From a virus (taxonomy: Duplodnaviria > Caudoviricetes): a stretch of DNA of 60,423 nt. The DNA lies in IMG/VR virus record IMGVR_UViG_3300025133_000111, positions 1 to 60,423 of that record; one strand, given 5' to 3'. Below are positions 56,135 through 60,423 of this stretch, piece after piece (within the stretch, counting starts at the first letter, position 1; each line of letters opens with the position of its first letter). Below the pieces are notes generated by a model that saw nothing but the letters and a program-made list of their open reading frames with translations, searched no databases and was not told the origin of the DNA. The position numbers were made by a program, and so were the translations under genes.

Positions 56135-58123
56135 TTATAGAAGAACCAAGGGGAATGTGTAGCAAATATCAGTTTTGTCTAATCGCTTTAAAGATATACG
56201 CTGTCTAGTATAATGCCTAAAAAACAGCTTATCTTTTGTTGTGTTTAAAACTTCATATATAAATTCAACATCATTATCGAAGTCGAACCTAACAATAATA
56301 TCTCGATCTCTAATAGCCGGGCTTGGAAGAGTCCAGCATATTGGTTCATACATCTGTTCCAGATGGGCATGAGGAGTGAGCTTTAAGTCTTCTTGTGTGT
56401 CCCCAAACATAAGCATTATTCTTCCATCTGATCTTCTTCTGAAGTTATACTGAGTATAGCCTCCATCATAACCTGTTCCGAAACAAGTTTTACAGCCCTT
56501 AACTTTCGGGTGCATTCTTCTGGCATCTGAGCAGCTACAAATATCTCCATCCCAAATTCTCTTCAGCAAGATTACCGGTTCGCCAACCTGATCTAAAAGA
56601 ACCTCTTCTCTGCTGAGCATTCTGTCAAACAAATTCATGCCTCGGAATCCGTTAAATTCACCACCGAGATAGCTTCCACAGTCACCAGTTCCTTGCAAAA
56701 TATTCTGAGGGATGGCCTTGTGGTATCCGCAGAAATCAAATCCTTGAAAAAACTTATTATCATTATCTGAATAATCAGTTACAACAAGACCTGTTCCGTC
56801 TATCTCTCTTCCGCTAGAATATCCATCAACATACGTTGGGGTTCCCATAACAATCGAGGTGTTTTTATCTTGACACTCAAAGAACATCCTAACAGTATCT
56901 CCGGAAACAAAGATTCCCTTGCTTGTTCCGTTCAGTCCCCGCCCGTTTGTCGGTAGAAGGAATGAGGTGGGGGTCTTTCCGGTATATCTTATAACTTCTA
57001 AGTCATTCAGAACTAAGATTCCAGAAGAAGGATAGCCCGAAGTGGTAGCAACATTAATGATCGTATCAGCAGATAAGACTTGAGAAGCAATGGTAGTGTT
57101 ATCTGGGATAGCGTAAACTCCAGATGACTTCTGATCCATACCACTTAACTGGAGAGTATCTTTAAATGTCTCTAGAGATCTAACTGCATATGATAATGTT
57201 ACGCCCGGTGTTAATCCGGATACGTCAAAAAATGTTGCTGTATTATCAGCGATATATTTCGGATTAGAATCAAAAATATCCAACCTAGACTCATCTTCAT
57301 AAATTACAACAAACGAATCGCCTTTATAGGATCTGGAAATAGCTTGATTCCAGCTTACACGAAGCATATCGCCTCGCCCCATATTTGTAAGCTTTCGAAT
57401 TCCTTGAGCATAACCAAGAAAGCTTGTCTGAGGAAAAACAGATGGCAGAATTACAACTGGAAGATCCACAGAGTAAGAGATTCTGCCACTTAAAGTATTT
57501 CCGCTTAAATCTGACACATCATACCTAACAATATATGCGCCATTTCGAAAAGATTCGGTGGGCTCGATCCTTACGGAGGCTCTATTAGTTGTTTTGGTAA
57601 TTATAGATGAGCTTCCTGCAAATAATGACTGAAAAACTCCGCTTAATACTGCTGGTAAATCATTGATATATACGTTTATAGAATTCTGATCTATATCATC
57701 TATTTCATCTTGAAACTGAAGAAACAGGACTTGGTCAGACTGAACTAAATCTCCAGAAATTGGAGAGCTTAGTTCAAGCTCAGGCTCAGCAGGAATTGTT
57801 TTAAAGCTATATTCGAAATTATAATATTGATCTTCTAGGTTCTGAATCTGAACCTTAACCAGTACAACTTGACCTTGATCAAAGTTGCTTATCGGATCTA
57901 TAACAAGGTAGGCTCCAGCAGCATCGCTAGTTATTTCAGAAAAGGTTCCGTCATAAGCATCGGTGAAGTCTAGCTCTTGAAATGCTCTATCTCCACCAAC
58001 CTCGATGACTAATGAGGATAGATTTAGACCTGTTCCGTCATCTAAAATGCTAAACTCTACCAAAGAGCTTAGGGCGACAGAGCTGTCCCCTTCGTTTGGT
58101 GATTTTCCAGATAAAGTTAACAT
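56135..58123 (-). CDS. Putative neck / head-closure protein with N-terminal Ig-like and FN3-like domains and a Cys4 insertion
   Basis: 662 aa. Two Ig-like repeats (SPNEGD...EFSILDD; SPISGD...FQDEIDDID), FN3-like LRVSW...SGLTPGVTLSYAVRS, and a C-terminal domain with GEPVILLKR, CSC...CKTCFGTGYDGGY and PAIRDRDIIV. Confidence 0.6.
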   Translation of the reverse strand: MLTLSGKSPNEGDSSVALSSLVEFSILDDGTGLNLSSLVIEVGGDRAFQELDFTDAYDGTFSEITSDAAGAYLVIDPISNFDQGQVVLVKVQIQNLEDQYYNFEYSFKTIPAEPELELSSPISGDLVQSDQVLFLQFQDEIDDIDQNSINVYINDLPAVLSGVFQSLFAGSSSIITKTTNRASVRIEPTESFRNGAYIVRYDVSDLSGNTLSGRISYSVDLPVVILPSVFPQTSFLGYAQGIRKLTNMGRGDMLRVSWNQAISRSYKGDSFVVIYEDESRLDIFDSNPKYIADNTATFFDVSGLTPGVTLSYAVRSLETFKDTLQLSGMDQKSSGVYAIPDNTTIASQVLSADTIINVATTSGYPSSGILVLNDLEVIRYTGKTPTSFLLPTNGRGLNGTSKGIFVSGDTVRMFFECQDKNTSIVMGTPTYVDGYSSGREIDGTGLVVTDYSDNDNKFFQGFDFCGYHKAIPQNILQGTGDCGSYLGGEFNGFRGMNLFDRMLSREEVLLDQVGEPVILLKRIWDGDICSCSDARRMHPKVKGCKTCFGTGYDGGYTQYNFRRRSDGRIMLMFGDTQEDLKLTPHAHLEQMYEPICWTLPSPAIRDRDIIVRFDFDNDVEFIYEVLNTTKDKLFFRHYTRQRISLKRLDKTDICYTFPLVLL

Positions 58124-58147
58124 AGATACCTCTTAAATATCCCGGTC

Positions 58148-58156
58148 TATTAGTAG
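58148..58156 (-). promoter_or_regulatory. Candidate late promoter element CTACTAATA
   Basis: Intergenic, about 25 nt upstream of ATG 58123. Confidence 0.5.
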
Positions 58157-58170
58157 AGGCACTTTTATGT

Positions 58171-58680
58171 TTAGATTACCTCTTTTAAAAGCTCATTACG
58201 CTTTTCGTCTTTGTCAGCCGCAGGAATCTCGTGATGATCAAGAAGGCTTTCTACATACTCCTCGACCTTTGCCTCGCCTCGCTCTTCGGCATCGTATTTA
58301 TTTTGAGCCTGGAAGGCTTCAATTTCATCTGGTCGATCAAGATAATCCTGTGCTTTATCGTCCTTGTTTTTTCCGTAATCTTTTGTATGCTGCATAGCAT
58401 GAACGAGTTCATGAATAACATACCTCATTCTAATCTCCGGAGGTTTGTTTAATAATTTTCGACTCAAAATAATACTTCCATCGGATGTTTTTGCCGCAAC
58501 ATCTAATTCTTCAAATGAAATGGGGACGGAGGCCAAAAACCAAGTACCAAATCCCTTTTCTTTACAAATCTCTTTTGCAATTTCATCATTTATAAGCGAG
58601 GTACGGATCTCTGACAATATCCGCATCTGCTTCATGAGTTTATTTTCATCTGTTTGTTCTTTTGCAAAAATAGTAAACAT
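58171..58680 (-). CDS. Zincin-like metallopeptidase
   Basis: YVIHELVHAMQH (HExxH at 58399-58413) and downstream YLDRPDEIEAF providing a candidate third ligand. Confidence 0.75.
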   Translation of the reverse strand: MFTIFAKEQTDENKLMKQMRILSEIRTSLINDEIAKEICKEKGFGTWFLASVPISFEELDVAAKTSDGSIILSRKLLNKPPEIRMRYVIHELVHAMQHTKDYGKNKDDKAQDYLDRPDEIEAFQAQNKYDAEERGEAKVEEYVESLLDHHEIPAADKDEKRNELLKEVI

Positions 58681-58682
58681 AT

Positions 58683-58892
58683 TTATTCTTTCTCGAAAAG
58701 ATCCTCTAAGTTTTCTGATTCAGCATTTATCGCCAAACCGGCAAGAAATGAAGTTTGCTTTAGAGAAGATATTCTCTCTTCAGCACGTTTTATTAAATTT
58801 TCAAGTCCTAAGATTTCAAAGTCAATTTCAGTAGGGCTTATTGGTTTAAAAAATCCGCAGTATTTCAATTCGCAATTTTGTGGCTCTCTCAT
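58683..58892 (-). CDS. Small hypothetical protein
   Basis: 69 aa; AAGGA 6 nt upstream of the ATG; ends 2 nt before the peptidase start. Confidence 0.6.
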   Translation of the reverse strand: MREPQNCELKYCGFFKPISPTEIDFEILGLENLIKRAEERISSLKQTSFLAGLAINAESENLEDLFEKE

Positions 58893-58913
58893 ATTAAATC
58901 CTTGTTCATCATA

Positions 58914-59021
58914 TTATGAAATGATATTAATATTTATACTTATCGCCTCTTCTTTGAAGCCATTTTTATTAAGCCATTTTGAAAGGCTGGCGAGCTTTTT
59001 ATCTGCAGCTCCTTGTGTCAA
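58914..59021 (-). pseudogene. Unlisted 35-codon ORF or gene remnant (MTQGAADKKLASLSKWLNKNGFKEEAISININIIS)
   Basis: Hand translation from TTG 59021. Carries the same LxxL[AS]xxLxxxGFxxEA motif as the gene at 2-106 and is in frame with 58683-58892 across a single TAA. Confidence 0.45.
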
Positions 59022-59040
59022 AGAAAGGTTTTCTCTACTA

Positions 59041-59631
59041 TTAAATGATACGCCTCGATTTCAGGTGTCGTAATCTTACGAAACTTGGCGCTCCACTCGA
59101 CAAATTGGTGAATGTTCCGTATCCCTGCGGTCCGGGGCGAATAGAATTCTTAATAAACTTTAGCCTCTCGCGATAAGAAGTCATAAAGGTTTGATAGTTG
59201 GTTGCTAAAAAATCGCCCAACGTGGGAGGCTGGTATGAGATACCTCCATCACTGATGGTGAAATCTCTGCCCTTTTCCACCAGTGCCTGCGAAGATAGGG
59301 CTAAAATTAACGCCCCCTCTACTATAGCATGAGAGAATGTCTTATAAATTATCTGCTCTCCAAAGGAAAATGAAGTGAAAAAAGGAATCATATTAAATTC
59401 TGACAAAGATGACGCTAAGAAGCAGGCCAAGATTTCATCGGAAAATACATTACAATCCTCCATGACCATTGCACCGTAACCATCAAGAATAAATGCTCCG
59501 AACTGATCTCTAGACGGCTTTTTGCCATCAGACTGAAGTCTTGCTTTTAGATACTTAAGCAACACATTTAGCCCCGTTAGCTCTGCGTCGGAAAAGTCGA
59601 AGTCTACATCATCGCCTAGCGCTATTGCCAT
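59041..59631 (-). CDS. Putative head-tail adaptor / neck protein
   Basis: 196 aa, helical. VFSDEILACFL...LSEFN and RDFTISDGGISY resemble adaptor proteins; GGAG RBS; upstream of the neck/tail genes. Confidence 0.55.
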   Translation of the reverse strand: MAIALGDDVDFDFSDAELTGLNVLLKYLKARLQSDGKKPSRDQFGAFILDGYGAMVMEDCNVFSDEILACFLASSLSEFNMIPFFTSFSFGEQIIYKTFSHAIVEGALILALSSQALVEKGRDFTISDGGISYQPPTLGDFLATNYQTFMTSYRERLKFIKNSIRPGPQGYGTFTNLSSGAPSFVRLRHLKSRRII

Positions 59632-59642
59632 AGCATATCTCC

Positions 59643-59873
59643 TTATGATTTTGAATACAGAATTTTCTTTAGCGATCTAATTTTGTTATCATACTCACAA
59701 AACTCGCTACCAAAGAACTCTATAGATAAGGACTCAGCTTCTTCATCCGAGTCTTCTAAAATAAACTGAAATCTTCCAGACTCCAATCTTTTGGCGCTAA
59801 GAAGCCTTAAGCCTTTGAGGGTTAAGTAAGCTGCAAGAGCCAAGTCTGGTGTTTCATACTGTGTCATTATCAT
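59643..59873 (-). CDS. Small conserved phage protein (DUF5659-like)
   Basis: YETPDLALAAYLTLKG...FQFIL pattern recalled from that family; AGGGGA RBS. Confidence 0.55.
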   Translation of the reverse strand: MIMTQYETPDLALAAYLTLKGLRLLSAKRLESGRFQFILEDSDEEAESLSIEFFGSEFCEYDNKIRSLKKILYSKS

Positions 59874-59914
59874 TCCCCTTCTAAAAGTTGACTATAAAGT
59901 AGTAGAATAAATCA

Positions 59915-60385
59915 TTATCTATTTTTTTGCTTCTCTAAATATTTTCGGTGAGAAGAGCATAGTGTAGAATTTTTTGGAGCCTGTCGCTTGCACCTATTTC
60001 CATCTTTTTTTTCAAATTCACATTGAATAAAGTTAAAGGGCGTGATGCTTTTCGCCTCACTATTGCTACTAGTTTTTAAATTTGACTTAAGCACTTCACT
60101 GTCTTCTTCCATTACTACTGGATCAGAAGGAGTTTTTAAGTCTGCATCTTCTAACATAATATAAGGCTCTGCATTAATCATCTCGGTATATTGCTCAGAA
60201 GACGGCCTCAGCTCGGCTAGATCATCTTCATAATCAAAAAATGTATCAAATTTTTCGTTGCCCTCTTCCTCTTGCATAGATACAGCACTAATCTCCCTTC
60301 TTGAGAACGTCTTGGCCTGGGCTCGATCTTTTAGTGGAGTAGCTTTTATTGTCTTTAGTCTAGACTGAAGTCTTTTTGGAATCAT
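59915..60385 (-). CDS. Hypothetical protein with C-terminal C3H zinc-finger-like motif
   Basis: CEFEKKDGNRCKRQAPKNSTLCSSH after an acidic low-complexity middle region. Confidence 0.65.
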   Translation of the reverse strand: MIPKRLQSRLKTIKATPLKDRAQAKTFSRREISAVSMQEEEGNEKFDTFFDYEDDLAELRPSSEQYTEMINAEPYIMLEDADLKTPSDPVVMEEDSEVLKSNLKTSSNSEAKSITPFNFIQCEFEKKDGNRCKRQAPKNSTLCSSHRKYLEKQKNR

Positions 60386-60409
60386 AATATGTCTCTCTAT
60401 ATTGGGAAT

Positions 60410-60418
60410 TATTAATAG
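60410..60418 (-). promoter_or_regulatory. Candidate late promoter element CTATTAATA
   Basis: About 25 nt upstream of ATG 60385; CTATTAATAAT is identical to the copy at 4773-4783. Confidence 0.5.
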
Positions 60419-60423
60419 CAGAG

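Noticed and set aside
55192-56165. Group I intron or intein housing the HNH gene
   Set aside because: The flanking genes appear complete and there is almost no non-coding sequence on either side to form an intron core.
2211-59073. The many plus-strand ORFs of 60-214 aa (e.g. 2211-2729, 10128-10643, 25219-25734, 36460-37104, 58654-59073)
   Set aside because: They lie antisense to long minus-strand genes, show Ser/Pro/Ile-rich shadow composition and no recognisable motifs; best explained as antisense shadows.
143-60385. Stop-codon reassignment, as seen in some large phages
   Set aside because: TGA (143), TAG (14404, 17736, 39361) and TAA (4790) all end genes at sensible boundaries, and multi-kb ORFs are intact under code 11.
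1-60423. Interpretation as a bacterial extracellular contractile injection system or tailocin
   Set aside because: Neck/adaptor-like genes, a frameshifted tail chaperone, a free-standing HNH gene and late-promoter-like motifs fit a phage, and no Afp15-like AAA ATPase is seen. Capsid and terminase genes are not in the window, so this is disfavoured rather than formally excluded.
1-60423. tRNA, rRNA or CRISPR arrays
   Set aside because: Intergenic gaps are all under about 150 nt and none shows a cloverleaf or regularly spaced repeats.

Overview
This window is a single minus-strand, tightly packed virion-morphogenesis module of a large contractile-tailed (myovirus-like, probably jumbo) bacteriophage using the standard bacterial code. 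In transcription order (right to left) it holds: small accessory and neck genes; an HExxH metalloprotease; an Ig/FN3-decorated neck protein; an AT-rich, apparently split HNH endonuclease; a holin/spanin-like membrane cassette with no recognisable endolysin; two paralogous tail fibre/spike genes; a putative tail terminator; a 1093-aa sheath; the tail tube; a tail chaperone with a clear -1 frameshift signal; a short tape measure; and about 36 kb (about 12,000 aa) of oversized baseplate-region genes. No capsid, terminase, tRNA, rRNA or CRISPR array is visible. The most notable observations are: the A_AAA_AAA plus hairpin frameshift; a recurrent DGY peptide motif across unrelated structural proteins; a 2523-aa protein next to the spike with a long Cys-containing hydrophobic segment (possible membrane-insertion device); a dockerin-like domain in a baseplate protein; a fibre C-terminus resembling algal giant-virus fibres; a shared helical motif in small proteins, two of them missing from the ORF track; and a CTAYTAATA candidate late promoter. 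All family assignments come from motif recognition and gene order; no database search was run.
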